From Bryobacterales bacterium (GTDB lineage Bacteria > Acidobacteriota > Terriglobia > Bryobacterales > Bryobacteraceae), in the NCBI GenBank assembly GCA_963796485.1, contig CAWCLV010000009.1, forward strand, positions 16,801 through 80,800: a stretch of 64,000 nucleotides of DNA, read 5' to 3'. Shown in pieces: positions 9,114-19,390 of this stretch. A program made the position numbers and the translations under genes. Under the pieces are notes generated by a model, which worked only from the letters and a program-made list of their open reading frames with translations, was not told where the DNA came from and did no database searches. Position 1 is the first letter of the stretch, and every line of letters starts with the position of its first letter.

Positions 9114-10211
9114 CTAAAACCGGAGGTGCGCGGAGCGTGCGTACGTCATGCCCGCGTTCTTAAAGTCGTCGATGTGGTAGCGCGTAAATTCGATCCCGGT
9201 CAACTGGAAGAAGCGCGGCCAGCCGATACGCTCGATCCATTCGCCCACGCGTTCGAATTTCCGTGCATTCGCCGCATAGACCTCGACGATATTCGTCACG
9301 GCGTTCACCACTTCGGGCCACCGCGGCGGGTGATTCGGCAGGTAAGGAATGGCCAGCTTGGTGAATTTCGGCGAACTGCGGGCGTTGCTCACCTTGCCGC
9401 CAACCCAAATGGAAATTCCATCGTTCTCCGGATCGTTCAGCGGCATTGCCGGGCAGACCGTGTAGCAGTTGCCGCAGAACATGCACTGTTCTTCCAGGAC
9501 TTCCACCGATTGCTTTCCGGCGACGGTCGTCGGCCGGATCGCGCCCGTGGGGCAGGAGGCGATCAGGGTCGGAACCTCGCAGATCTTGGGCAGCACGTCA
9601 TGCCGGACCTTCGGAGGCGTGCGGTGGATTCCCAGGACTGCAATATCGGAACAGTGAACCGCGCCGCACATATTCAGGCAGCAGGCCACCGCAATCCGCA
9701 ATTTCGCCGGGAGCTTCTCCGCCACGAAGTAGGGATAGAGCTCATCCATCATGCACTTGACCAGGCCCGAGGCGTCCGTCGCGGAAGAGTGGCAGTGCAC
9801 CCAGCCTTGGGTATGCACGATGTTGCTGATGCTGGCGTTGGTGCCGCCCACGGGGTAGCCGGCGGCCTTCAGATCCTGAACCAGCAGTTCGATATGCGCC
9901 GGATCTTCCAGCAGAAACTCCACGTTGTTGCGGCTCGTGAACCGGAGATATCCGCCCGAGTGCTTGTCGGCAAGATCGGCAAACAGCCGGATCGTATGGA
10001 CGCTCAACAGGCGCGGCGATCCCGCCCGAACCGTGTACAACTTCTCGCCCGATTCCGCTACGTGACAGAGCACCCCGGGAGCGAGAGTCTCATGGTACTT
10101 CCACCGTCCGTAATTCCGCTTGACCACCGGTGGCAGGTATTTTTCGTATTGCGGCGGTCCGATGTCGGTAATTCGTTTTGGCTGTGCTGTCATTTTGGCC
10201 TCCTCGCTCAC
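9114..10211 (-). CDS. dsrB: Dissimilatory sulfite reductase beta subunit
   Basis: 365 aa with HTQGWVHCH, a ferredoxin insert and CPTGAIRP. The start overlaps the dsrA stop by 4 nt. Confidence 0.93.
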   Translation of the reverse strand: MSEEAKMTAQPKRITDIGPPQYEKYLPPVVKRNYGRWKYHETLAPGVLCHVAESGEKLYTVRAGSPRLLSVHTIRLFADLADKHSGGYLRFTSRNNVEFLLEDPAHIELLVQDLKAAGYPVGGTNASISNIVHTQGWVHCHSSATDASGLVKCMMDELYPYFVAEKLPAKLRIAVACCLNMCGAVHCSDIAVLGIHRTPPKVRHDVLPKICEVPTLIASCPTGAIRPTTVAGKQSVEVLEEQCMFCGNCYTVCPAMPLNDPENDGISIWVGGKVSNARSSPKFTKLAIPYLPNHPPRWPEVVNAVTNIVEVYAANARKFERVGEWIERIGWPRFFQLTGIEFTRYHIDDFKNAGMTYARSAHLRF

Positions 10212-11395
10212 TTCTGGTCGCTCTTCTGGAAAAAGATGTAGGGGTTGTCACGCGGCGCGGTGACCATCTCGGGCGCCGGCTCCAGGCCGATCGCGTCCAG
10301 GAAGTTCGCCATTCCCACGCGCTGAATGAGTTCGCCGATGCGCTCGCGATTCTTGCCGTACTCGTCCCAGAATTCCCACAACCTGGAGATCAACTCTTTC
10401 AGGGTTTCGAAGAGTTCCTCGGCGGGAATGAATGGAATCAGAACGGAAGAGAGCAGGGCGCCTTGCACGATGGGGGCCTTGGCGCCGATCAGGATTGCGG
10501 CTCCGCGCTCTTTGCCCGGCTGGAGGGCCTTCGGCATCACGTTGATGCAGTGCATACAGCGGACGCACTCGTGATTTTCGATCGCCAGCTTCTTCCCGTC
10601 CCAGCTCATGCATCGGCTCGGGCACCGGTCACAGACGTCCTTCTGGATATCGAGGCCGCCGGCCGCATACTCGGCTACCGCGGCGTCGTCCTGCTGAATG
10701 TCGTCTTTCCAGATGCCGATGATCGAAAGATCCGAGCGCGCCGCCGCAGCCACGCAATCGTTGGCGCATCCGGCGCACTTGATCTTGAATTTGTACGGGA
10801 ACGGCGGACGGTGCAGTTCGTCCTGGTAGGCCTGCGTGAAGTCATAACAGAGCTTCATCGTGTCGTAGCATGCCCACTCGCAGCGGGCCGGGCCCACACA
10901 ACACGAGGGCGTCCGCAAGCAGGACCCGGAACCGCCCAGATCAAAACCCGCTTCCGTGAGTTCCTTGAACGTGGGCTCCAGTTCATCGGTCTTCGTGCCG
11001 AGGAAGATGATGTCGCCGGTGGATCCGTGCATGTTGGTAAGGCCGGAACCATGGCGCTCCCAGATGCCGCAAAGGGTCCGGAGCGCTTCGCTCGTGTAGA
11101 ACCACCCGGAGGGCTGGTTGACGCGGAGCGTATGGAAGTGGGCGACCTTCGGAAACTGTTCCGGTACATCGCTGTACCTGCCGATCACGCCGCCGCCATA
11201 GCCGAGTACACCGACGATGCCGCCGTGTTTCCAATGGCCTTTCCTCTCTTCGTAGGAGAGTTCCAACTGCCCCAGCAGATCGTCGCACATGGGACTGACA
11301 TCGCTGGTCTTCTTGATCTCCGTGACAAAGCTCGGCCAGGGCCCTTTCTCGAGCTCGTCCAGCAGCTCTGTCTTCGGCTTTCCGTTTTCCGCCAT
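10208..11395 (-). CDS. dsrA: Dissimilatory sulfite reductase alpha subunit
   Basis: 395 aa with [22 protein letters not shown] and the siroheme/Fe-S Cys region [13 protein letters not shown]. Confidence 0.93.
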   Translation of the reverse strand: MAENGKPKTELLDELEKGPWPSFVTEIKKTSDVSPMCDDLLGQLELSYEERKGHWKHGGIVGVLGYGGGVIGRYSDVPEQFPKVAHFHTLRVNQPSGWFYTSEALRTLCGIWERHGSGLTNMHGSTGDIIFLGTKTDELEPTFKELTEAGFDLGGSGSCLRTPSCCVGPARCEWACYDTMKLCYDFTQAYQDELHRPPFPYKFKIKCAGCANDCVAAAARSDLSIIGIWKDDIQQDDAAVAEYAAGGLDIQKDVCDRCPSRCMSWDGKKLAIENHECVRCMHCINVMPKALQPGKERGAAILIGAKAPIVQGALLSSVLIPFIPAEELFETLKELISRLWEFWDEYGKNRERIGELIQRVGMANFLDAIGLEPAPEMVTAPRDNPYIFFQKSDQK

Positions 11396-11403
11396 ATGGT
11401 CTC

Positions 11404-12471
11404 CTATGAACGTGCGTTGAATGTCCTGGATCTTGCCATCGCCACCGTCCGGTACGCGAGGTGCGCGAACTTGGAATAGGGGGCGTAGAGCAGCAGGCCG
11501 AAGATCAACACCAGGTGGATGTAGTAAACCGCATACATGGCCCTGGTCTCTGCCAGCCTGAGCAACTCAGAGGCAACTCCCGTAAAGACGACGCTGCTCA
11601 GCGCCGCCAGAAAGAACCAGTCGAAATAGGTGCTGCGGGCCTGCCCCGCACGCCGGATGAGAAGCAGGGAAACTCCCGCCAGCGCAAAGATTGCCGACAG
11701 GTTCGCAAAGAGTTTCAGTGGGCTCGCCAACGCGAGCGGGGTACGCAGGACGCCGGCCATCGTGCCGATCCCTGCCACCGTTCCAACAATCGCGAGCCCG
11801 ACGAACCCCCAAAGCGTCAGCAGATGGGCCAGGCGCATCCGCGAATCGTCGCATTGTTTGAAGCGCCGGTGCGTGGCGATGTCCTGCATCGCCGCCGTCC
11901 ATCCCATGGGCGGCGAATCTCCGATGCCCCGCGCGAACCTGACGATTCCTACAACGAACGCCAGCAGGGCCAATCCGGAAACCGCGAAGAACAGAGGCTC
12001 CAGCACGCTCGCGGGGAACATGCTTCCGAATTCGAACGGCGCCGCCGGCACGGGCTTGGGCGCCCAAAGGACCACGGCGGCAAAAATCAATGCCGGCAGC
12101 AGAAACAGCAGCGGCAGCCACCTGGGATCGGCAACCAGCGCGCCCATCCAGCCGGGAAAGGCGAAGTGCCGGACCGCCTCGCGGCGGACCGCTCCCAGAA
12201 CATCCCCCGGGCGCGCCCCGCGCGGGCAGCGCTCGGTGCACTTGCCGCAGTTGTGGCATAACCAGATCGCCGGGTCGGAGACCAATCTCGCCTTCAGTCC
12301 CCATTGAGCTTCGATCATCTGCTGACGCGGAAACGGAGACTCCTCCGGCGCGAGCTCACACGCCACCGAACAAGTAGCGCACTGGTAGCATTTCTTGAGG
12401 TCGCCTCCGCCCGAAGCCAGCAGCCGCTTCAGGAACGCGGTATCGGGTTGAATCGACAGCGTGTCTGCCAT
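11404..12471 (-). CDS. qmoC: QmoC, HdrC-like Fe-S domain fused to a cytochrome b membrane domain
   Basis: N-terminal [11 protein letters not shown] and [12 protein letters not shown] motifs followed by about six hydrophobic helices. The gene ends 8 nt before dsrA. Confidence 0.85.
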   Translation of the reverse strand: MADTLSIQPDTAFLKRLLASGGGDLKKCYQCATCSVACELAPEESPFPRQQMIEAQWGLKARLVSDPAIWLCHNCGKCTERCPRGARPGDVLGAVRREAVRHFAFPGWMGALVADPRWLPLLFLLPALIFAAVVLWAPKPVPAAPFEFGSMFPASVLEPLFFAVSGLALLAFVVGIVRFARGIGDSPPMGWTAAMQDIATHRRFKQCDDSRMRLAHLLTLWGFVGLAIVGTVAGIGTMAGVLRTPLALASPLKLFANLSAIFALAGVSLLLIRRAGQARSTYFDWFFLAALSSVVFTGVASELLRLAETRAMYAVYYIHLVLIFGLLLYAPYSKFAHLAYRTVAMARSRTFNARS

Positions 12472-12472
12472 C

Positions 12473-14617
12473 TCAGAACCCCTTGTACGGATTCGGTCCC
12501 AGCGCCCGGATCCGCCCTACGAAATCGTCGAACACCTGCGGCAGCCGGTCCCACTCGTTGATCGCAAGCTGCGTCAGTTGCAGGCGCTCGGATTCCAGTT
12601 GCAGCCGTTGGAGCGTCTCCTTGACGTTTTCCAGCCGGCGCTGCGCCAGTTCGCTGCCCTTCGTGAAGTGGCACTGGTAGTCGTCCCCGTATTTGCAGCC
12701 GACCAGAATGACGCCGTCCATGCCTCGCGAAAGGGCGTCGGCAATCCACACGATATTCAAAGAGCCCAGGCAGCGCAGCGGCACCACCCGCACGCTCGGG
12801 TCGTACTGGCGCCGTTTCAGCCCTGCCAGGTCCATTGCGGGATACGCATCGTTTTCGCAGACCAGCGCGAGAATCCGCGGCTTGTCTTCGTCCTCCTCGG
12901 GAACTTCGATGGCTTTGATCATGGAGGCGATCATGTCCACGGAGTAGTTCTTGAAGGAGACAATGCGTTCCGGGCAGGCTCCCAGACAGACGCCGCAGCG
13001 GCGGCAGCGGTACAAATTTGGCTTCGGAGTTCCCTTGGCATCTTCATCGAGCGCGCCGAACGGGCACTCCTCCGTGCAGCGTTTGCATTGCGTGCAGCGC
13101 TGCAGGAAGAACGACGGATAGGAAAGGTCTCCGCCCCGCGGATGCACCGCCTGACCCCGGGTAGCGAGTTCGACGCACTGAATTGCCTTCAGCGCGGCGC
13201 CCATGGCGTCCTGGCGGGCGCCGGCCGCATCCATCGGGGACCGTGCGGCGCCGGCGGCGTAGATCCCCGTACGCCGCGTCTCGTAGGGAAAGCAGACGAA
13301 ATGCGAATCGGGGAAGCCGTTCGACAGGACCGGTAACTCGGGCCCCTGGCGGTAGGTCAGGTTCAGGATCTTTTCGCCGCCGTTCGGCACCATCCCTGTT
13401 GCCAGCACCACCAGGTCCACGCTGAGCTCGATCGATTCGCCGAGCAGCGTGTGATTCACCGTGACGGTAAGCTTCCCGTCCGCGGCGGGAGTTACCGCTG
13501 CCACTTCACCCTTGGTGAAGAAGTTCAGCGGCTGATCCTGAACGGTACGGTAGAAGCGTTCGTACTGCCCCGGCGTCCGGACATCCTTATATATGACGTA
13601 GACTCGGGCGTCCGGATCCTGCTCCCGGATGTACGTGGTCTGCTTCAGGGTCTCCATGCAGCAGAACGAGGAGCAGTACGGCAGATGATCGGGGTCCCTC
13701 GACCCGGCACACTGCACGAAGAGAATGCTCGCCGCCCGCTGCCCGTTCGAAGGACGTGCCATCTTGCCGGCCGCGGCCATTCGCTCGAAATCGATACTGG
13801 TGATGATGTCGGGGCTCGCGCCATGGCCGAGATGCGCGAGGCGGGAAGCGTCATACGGCGTCCACCCGGTCGCCACCACGATGGCACCGGCACGAATCCG
13901 GCTCTCGCCATTCTCGACGGCCAGGGTGACGTCGAACATCCCCGGCTGGCCTTCGATCCGAATCACCTTTGCGGACCGGAACACCTGGATGCGGGGGTGA
14001 TACTGCACTTGTTCGATGCTCGCGGCCAGGCTATCACCGTCCGGTAGAGTGTAGGGCGGCGCGGCCGGGGCTTGCCTCTTGCATCGGGCGGCGGCGCCGC
14101 CGAGTGTTTCTTCCCTCTCGACCAGAAAGACGGAGTAGCCCGCCGCGGCTGCCTCCAGGGCCGCTGAAATACCGGCCACGCCGCCGCCGATCACCAGGAT
14201 CGCGGCCGAGATCTCGTCCTTGAGCGGCTCCGGAGGTTCGGTCTTCTTCGCTCGCGCGACGCCCATCCGAAGGTAGTCTTCGGCGAGCATCTGCGTATCT
14301 TCATCGTGCGGCTTGTGGCACCAGGCCACGTGCTCGCGGAGGTTGACCCGTTCGAGCACCGCCCCGTGATTGAAATTGAAGACCTCCGCTTTGAATCGCG
14401 GCGAGCAGGCGGCCACGACAGCGATGTCCACAACCCTATCGGCCAGATCCTTGCGGATTTGCGCGCTTCCCTCCGCTCCACAAAGTGCCGGATGCGTGCG
14501 GCAGACGGCCGCTTTGCATTCGCCCGTGGCAACCTTAGAAATCTTTGCGGCATCGACCGCCTCGCCGATACCACATCCGGTGCAGACGTAGACCCCTAGT
14601 TTACCGGCCATGGTCAA
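12473..14617 (-). CDS. qmoB: QmoB, HdrA-like flavoprotein with Fe-S and MvhD-like C-terminal domains
   Basis: 714 aa with FAD motif VIGGGVAGISAALEAA, ferredoxin motifs (CTQCKRCTEECP, CRRCGVCLGACP) and an MvhD-like tail (LVCENDAYPA...LRCLG). Confidence 0.88.
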   Translation of the reverse strand: MTMAGKLGVYVCTGCGIGEAVDAAKISKVATGECKAAVCRTHPALCGAEGSAQIRKDLADRVVDIAVVAACSPRFKAEVFNFNHGAVLERVNLREHVAWCHKPHDEDTQMLAEDYLRMGVARAKKTEPPEPLKDEISAAILVIGGGVAGISAALEAAAAGYSVFLVEREETLGGAAARCKRQAPAAPPYTLPDGDSLAASIEQVQYHPRIQVFRSAKVIRIEGQPGMFDVTLAVENGESRIRAGAIVVATGWTPYDASRLAHLGHGASPDIITSIDFERMAAAGKMARPSNGQRAASILFVQCAGSRDPDHLPYCSSFCCMETLKQTTYIREQDPDARVYVIYKDVRTPGQYERFYRTVQDQPLNFFTKGEVAAVTPAADGKLTVTVNHTLLGESIELSVDLVVLATGMVPNGGEKILNLTYRQGPELPVLSNGFPDSHFVCFPYETRRTGIYAAGAARSPMDAAGARQDAMGAALKAIQCVELATRGQAVHPRGGDLSYPSFFLQRCTQCKRCTEECPFGALDEDAKGTPKPNLYRCRRCGVCLGACPERIVSFKNYSVDMIASMIKAIEVPEEDEDKPRILALVCENDAYPAMDLAGLKRRQYDPSVRVVPLRCLGSLNIVWIADALSRGMDGVILVGCKYGDDYQCHFTKGSELAQRRLENVKETLQRLQLESERLQLTQLAINEWDRLPQVFDDFVGRIRALGPNPYKGF

Positions 14618-15863
14618 CGCTCCGATTCGCGCACTGCAGCGCCTTCAAGGCCGCCCCGGTCGCATCCTGGACCGAGGTGGAAACCTCCGACGGCCGGCGG
14701 ACACACCCCGCCGCCAGGAGGCCGCCTCCGTTCGGCACGTTGAGGAATCCGAATTCATCCCGGTGGAAGCCCGGAGGAAGTCCTTCCGTTTGCGGCACCA
14801 TCCCGGTGGCGAGCACTACCAGTTCGAAGTGCATCGTGTTCTTCCGATTGGCGAGCGCATCTTCCGCCGTCACCAGCAGGTCGCCCGTGGGGCTCTCCTC
14901 CACCTGCGCGACCTTGCCCTTGATCAAGCGGACGTTCGCATCCCTGGTGGTCCGGGAATAGAATTCCTCCAGTCGGCCCGGAGTGCGGATATCGATATAG
15001 AAAATTGTGATCGCGGTTTCTGGATAGAGCGCCCGGATGTAGGCCGCGTGCTTGACCGAGGCCGCGCAACAGGCCGCCGAGCAATAGGGAAGGTGGTTCT
15101 CGTCGCGCGATCCGGCGCATTGCACGAAGGCGACGGTCCGCGGTTCCTGGCTGTCGGAGGGTCTCAGGATGCGGCCGGCCGTCGGGCCGTCGCTCGCGGC
15201 CATACGTTCCAGCATCACGTTGGTAACCACGTTCCGGCAGCGCCCGAACCCCAGGGTGTCGAGACGCGCCGCGTCGTAAGGCTTCCAACCTGTGGCTGCG
15301 ATGATGGCGGAGACGCTGTACTGCCGGACTCGGGGCTGCTCGTCAAGCTCAATCGCCCCGTAGGGGCAGGCATCCACGCATGTTAAACATGTGACGGGGC
15401 AGGCGGACCGATCGATGGCGTACAGTGCCGGATAAGTCATGCCGTGCGGCAGATAGGCGGCCTTGGTTTTGGCCATCCCGTAGTTGTAGTCGTCTTCCCG
15501 TTCCGCGGGGCAGACCTTGGCGCACTCTCCGCAGAGGGTGCACGCCTCCGTTACGCAACGCGGGCTGATGCGGACCGCAACCTCGTATTCGCCCGGCGAC
15601 CCGCTCACGCTCGTGACCTCCGCCAGCGTGAGCACGGTGATCGCGGAATTCCCGCGGAGCCGTCGGAAGTGCATCTCTAGCCCGCAAGCCGGAGGGCACA
15701 TTTTCGGAAAGTACTGGTGCATCCGTGCGACACGGCCGCCGAGTCCGGCCGACTTCTCCACCAGGATCACCGGGACCCCCGTATCCGCCAATTCCACCGC
15801 CGCCGTCAATCCCGCGATGCCGCCGCCGATCACCATTACGGGCTTGCGAACCCCGGCGTTCAT
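14601..15863 (-). CDS. qmoA: QmoA, HdrA-like flavoprotein
   Basis: Start placed at MNAGVRKPVMVIGGGIAGLTAA, which overlaps the upstream stop as ATGA. The protein has an HdrA-like FAD fold and a CTLCGECAKVCP motif. Confidence 0.88.
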   Translation of the reverse strand: MNAGVRKPVMVIGGGIAGLTAAVELADTGVPVILVEKSAGLGGRVARMHQYFPKMCPPACGLEMHFRRLRGNSAITVLTLAEVTSVSGSPGEYEVAVRISPRCVTEACTLCGECAKVCPAEREDDYNYGMAKTKAAYLPHGMTYPALYAIDRSACPVTCLTCVDACPYGAIELDEQPRVRQYSVSAIIAATGWKPYDAARLDTLGFGRCRNVVTNVMLERMAASDGPTAGRILRPSDSQEPRTVAFVQCAGSRDENHLPYCSAACCAASVKHAAYIRALYPETAITIFYIDIRTPGRLEEFYSRTTRDANVRLIKGKVAQVEESPTGDLLVTAEDALANRKNTMHFELVVLATGMVPQTEGLPPGFHRDEFGFLNVPNGGGLLAAGCVRRPSEVSTSVQDATGAALKALQCANRSVDHGR

Positions 15864-16663
15864 TGCGCTTCCTTTTCCCCCACCGAGTTGCGCCGTAGTT
15901 TCATCGAGCGTTCCCCGAAAAGTGCGAACCGGAGCCACTGCATGCCAAAATCGACGAGTTCCTCGTCATCCGTCCGCAGCGCTTCGATGCGGGCCTCGTC
16001 GATATCGAACAGTTGCAGGAACCGCGTTTCGAAGACAAAACGGCGGAAGCGGTCGACGTCGTAGCAGACCATATAAAACATGTCCAGCTGTTGCGGCGTC
16101 AGCGGCGTTTTCCCGTCCCAGAACTCGTGCAGCGTAAGTTCCTTAAAACCGGTGGACATCATTTCGAATTCTTCGATTTGCTGGGCGGCCATCCATTCGC
16201 GGACCGAAACGGACGCTCCCGTTCCATGTCCGTGGCACAGCGCCTCTCGAACGACGAAGTGAAATGGTTGATTCTCTCCCGCAGGCGTCTTCGGTTCCGC
16301 CGCGCCCAGCGGATACATGCGGCACGCCCAAGGGCGGTCCGGATAGACCTGGCAGCCCTGCTCGCACAGGAAGGGGCATCGCCGGGAGCCGTCGTCCTGC
16401 ATACGCAGGATGACCATCGGGAACTTCTGTTCGGGCCCTTGCATGCGCAGCGTGTGCTTCTCCAGCAACTCGGAGGAATCCATGCGCAAGGTGCGCTTCA
16501 GCCGCAGCAGGTCGTAGGGCGTCAGAACGATCGCCACGTCGCGGCAGCATTTCGTGAAGCAGTCCAGTTCCGGACCGCAGTGGAACGTGAAGCAGTCGTC
16601 CGCGCCCATTCGGGCCGTGTCCTTCAGGATCGATTCAGGGGTGATTAGGGTTTCACAGGGCAT
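15860..16663 (-). CDS. YkgJ/UPF0153-type Cys-rich (CxxCxxCC-family) putative Fe-S or Zn protein
   Basis: Start placed at MPCETLITPES. Motifs CFTFHCGPELDCFTKCC and RCPFLCEQGCQVYPDRPWACRMYP match my recollection of the YkgJ/FliB zinc-or-iron chelating domain. The gene is translationally coupled to qmoA. Confidence 0.7.
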   Translation of the reverse strand: MPCETLITPESILKDTARMGADDCFTFHCGPELDCFTKCCRDVAIVLTPYDLLRLKRTLRMDSSELLEKHTLRMQGPEQKFPMVILRMQDDGSRRCPFLCEQGCQVYPDRPWACRMYPLGAAEPKTPAGENQPFHFVVREALCHGHGTGASVSVREWMAAQQIEEFEMMSTGFKELTLHEFWDGKTPLTPQQLDMFYMVCYDVDRFRRFVFETRFLQLFDIDEARIEALRTDDEELVDFGMQWLRFALFGERSMKLRRNSVGEKEAQ

Positions 16664-16949
16664 GGGATAACTCCGCGCGCTCTTCGGGAATGATGTTGCA
16701 GCGGAAGTCCCGGTCGCTCCAGACGGGCAGCGGCCCGCGCTGGCCGGTCTCCGGGTCGATGCGGAAACGGTACGAGGCCGCCAGGCCGTACTGGCGCTCC
16801 ATCCAACTCCAGCCGCGGCTGTAATACGGACACTCGTCGTTGAAACAGACATACTGGAATTCGCCGCCCCAGCTGGAACCCTGGGGATTCGTCCAGCGCG
16901 GCATGCGGTGGCCGCAATGTGGGCAGCGCGGATGGAGCTCATCGTTCAT
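16653..16949 (-). CDS. Small zinc-ribbon-like protein (~98 aa)
   Basis: Start placed at MNDELHPRCPHCGHRMP. It has a CPHC...CFNDEC four-Cys arrangement, lies 52 nt downstream of aprA and overlaps the next gene by 11 nt. Confidence 0.55.
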   Translation of the reverse strand: MNDELHPRCPHCGHRMPRWTNPQGSSWGGEFQYVCFNDECPYYSRGWSWMERQYGLAASYRFRIDPETGQRGPLPVWSDRDFRCNIIPEERAELSHAL

Positions 16950-17001
16950 GACAGGTCTCCCATGGGCGGGAGGATCCGGCCTCCCGCCCTGCTCGGCAGC
17001 T

Positions 17002-18933
17002 TCAAGCACTCGCCAGCGCGGGTTCCTTGGGCTGCGATACGAAGATGTGCAGAACCGGCCGGGCTTTCATTTCCCAGTCTCCGGTCTTGGGGTCGAAGCG
17101 GCAGTTCGCGAAAACATGCCACTTCTCCTCGTCGAGCTTCGGCTTGTCGGCGCGATAGTAATAACCGGGCCACCGTGTTTCCTGGCGGAACAGAATGGTC
17201 CGGACGTGCGCCTCGGCCTGCCACATGCGGTGCACGTTCTCCCAGCACCGCATCAGCTCGTGATGGTTCGTCGCAGCCAGCTTCTCCGAATCCTCCTTCA
17301 GGAAGGCGAGGAGTTCCAGCGCCTTCGTCAGCAGGGCTTCGTTGGTGGTGAACTGCGAGGTGATGCCGCCCGCGTATTCGTCCATGATCTTCTGGAGGCG
17401 GAACATGAACATGCGCGGCTTGATGTAATTCGGATTGATTTCCGGATCGGTGGTCGCGTTCTTGAACTGCTCGAACGTGTCGAGCGGCTTCAGAATTTCG
17501 GCCTTGAGCGCTTCGAGCGCGGCCGGCTCGATCTCCGGCATCGTGTTGTTCTCGACGATGAATTTGATCGCGGCCTTGGCGGCAATGCGCCCTTCGGCGT
17601 GCGACCCCGACGAGAACTTGTGGCTGGAGGCGCCGGAAGCGTCGCCCGCGCAGAACAGGCCGTTCACCGTGGACATGTGAGCGTATCCCCAGAAATACTC
17701 CTTCCGGGTTTCGTCCGTTTGCAGGTCCTCGGGTCCGCTCAGCCATGCACCCGATGCGCCGGAGTGCGATCCGATGAAATACGGCTCGGCCGCGGCTATC
17801 TCGGAACTCCGCTCTTCGGGCTGCACGTTGGTGGATGCCCAGAGCAGAGCTTGCGAGATCGTCATGTCCAGGAAGTCTTCCCAGGCCTCGGACTCGAGAT
17901 CTTTCATTTTCTTTTTGTAGGCCTTCTCATCGCCCTTGTAGGTGTCGGCGATCTGTTGAATGGCCTCTTCCGTGCGCATGTAGATCGGGCCCTTGCCTTC
18001 CATCACGTCCAGCATGCCCAGGTAATTGCGCAGGTTCGCGGGAACGGGCTTGACGCGGCCGTAGGGGCCCCATTTCTCGAGTTCGGGCTTACGGTCGATC
18101 ATGTAGTTGCCGCCCTCGGAGTTGGTCGCGCGCGACTTGAACAGCAGGAACCACGCGCCCACGGGTCCGTACGCATCCTTGAACCGCACCGGGATAAAAC
18201 GCACTTCCTGGCACGTCATCTCGGCGCCGGCTTTGATGGTGAAGTAGGCCGAGGAGCCGGAGTTCCATGGCGGATACCAGGCGCGCCCCATGCCTTCGCC
18301 GGAACTCCTGGGCTTGAACACATGCACCGCGCCGCCCATCGCCACCAGCGTGGCCTTGGACTTGAAGATATAGAACTTGTTCTCGCGGACCGAGAACCCC
18401 ACCGCGCCGGCGCAGCGCTCGCCATCCATCAGCGGTCCGACGATGAATACGCGCTCGAAGATCTGCCCCACGCCGCTCTGCAGCAGGGCGTTCTTGGCGG
18501 CTTCCGCCACCACGACTTTGTAGGACTCGCCGTTGATCATCAACTGCCAGCGGCCCTCGTGCACGTAGGCGCCGTTCTCGTCTTTCCAGATCGGCAGTCC
18601 CCACTTCTCGAACAGATGCACGGTCGAGTCTACGTGGCGGGCGATGTTGGCAACCAGGTCTTCGCGCGTGATGCCCATCAGGTCATTGCGCACGTAATCG
18701 ACATAGTCCTTCACCGTGTTCGCGCCATCCCTCAACCCGACGTACTGGTTGATGGCAGAGAGGCCCATTGCCACCGCTCCCGAGCGGTCCATGGCGGCCT
18801 TGTCCACCAGCGTGACCTTCAGGCCGTTCTCCATGGCCCAATAGGCCGCCTCTACGGCCGCGCCGCAGGCGGCCATGCCGCCGCCCAGAATGAGCAGATC
18901 AGTTTCTACTACTACAGTTTCAAAATCAGCCAT
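17002..18933 (-). CDS. aprA: Adenylylsulfate (APS) reductase alpha subunit
   Basis: 643-aa flavoprotein with LILGGGMAACGAAVEAA and AprA-typical regions (WGLPIW, FRQETRWPGYYYRAD). Confidence 0.93.
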   Translation of the reverse strand: MADFETVVVETDLLILGGGMAACGAAVEAAYWAMENGLKVTLVDKAAMDRSGAVAMGLSAINQYVGLRDGANTVKDYVDYVRNDLMGITREDLVANIARHVDSTVHLFEKWGLPIWKDENGAYVHEGRWQLMINGESYKVVVAEAAKNALLQSGVGQIFERVFIVGPLMDGERCAGAVGFSVRENKFYIFKSKATLVAMGGAVHVFKPRSSGEGMGRAWYPPWNSGSSAYFTIKAGAEMTCQEVRFIPVRFKDAYGPVGAWFLLFKSRATNSEGGNYMIDRKPELEKWGPYGRVKPVPANLRNYLGMLDVMEGKGPIYMRTEEAIQQIADTYKGDEKAYKKKMKDLESEAWEDFLDMTISQALLWASTNVQPEERSSEIAAAEPYFIGSHSGASGAWLSGPEDLQTDETRKEYFWGYAHMSTVNGLFCAGDASGASSHKFSSGSHAEGRIAAKAAIKFIVENNTMPEIEPAALEALKAEILKPLDTFEQFKNATTDPEINPNYIKPRMFMFRLQKIMDEYAGGITSQFTTNEALLTKALELLAFLKEDSEKLAATNHHELMRCWENVHRMWQAEAHVRTILFRQETRWPGYYYRADKPKLDEEKWHVFANCRFDPKTGDWEMKARPVLHIFVSQPKEPALASA

Positions 18934-18949
18934 TGCCGTCGTTCTCCTC

Positions 18950-19390
18950 TCAGTTCGCCAGATGGAACACGTCTGCCAGTCCGAGAGAGGCAGGCTCGGT
19001 AAACAGGGCGGGTGAGTTCAGATCACCCTTCGTTTCGAAACCGCCGTCCGGAACCGCCTTCCCTTCTACTGTCGTGCGGATCGGGAATTTGAACCGCTTG
19101 ATGTTTCCGTTGCGGAATTTGACCGTCCACAGAATGGTGTCGGTGGAACGCATCGGCGTCGCCGACCCGCCCAGCGGCGCGAAATCGGCATAGGTGCGGA
19201 CTTCGACGGCTTGAGTCGGGCAGATCTTGACGCAGTTGTAACACTCCCAGCACATCGAGACGTCCCGGTTGTAGGCTTTCATCTTGTCTCTGTCCAGGAC
19301 CATCAGGTCGTTGGGGCAAATATACTGGCACGCCGTCTTGTCCAGCGCTTTGCATCCATCGCACTTGTCCGGATTGACGTAGCTCGGCAT
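18950..19390 (-). CDS. aprB: Adenylylsulfate reductase beta subunit
   Basis: Start placed at MPSYVNPDKCDGCKALDKTACQYICPND. The protein has two ferredoxin Cys clusters and the AprB C-terminal tail. Confidence 0.92.
   Translation of the reverse strand: MPSYVNPDKCDGCKALDKTACQYICPNDLMVLDRDKMKAYNRDVSMCWECYNCVKICPTQAVEVRTYADFAPLGGSATPMRSTDTILWTVKFRNGNIKRFKFPIRTTVEGKAVPDGGFETKGDLNSPALFTEPASLGLADVFHLAN

Noticed and set aside
16840-19002. 720-aa ORF on the plus strand opposite aprA. Similar long antisense ORFs occur at 36590-38395 (601 aa), 24584-26161 (525 aa), 56185-58023 (612 aa), 30082-31350, 8952-10241, 10178-11479, 53817-55121 and 55140-56510.
   Set aside because: These are shadow ORFs typical of high-GC DNA. 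Their translations are Arg/Gly/Ala/Pro/His-rich with no recognisable motifs. Each is fully overlapped by an opposite-strand ORF with clear family signatures (AprA, HdrD-like, DUF202/CMK-like, permease and others).
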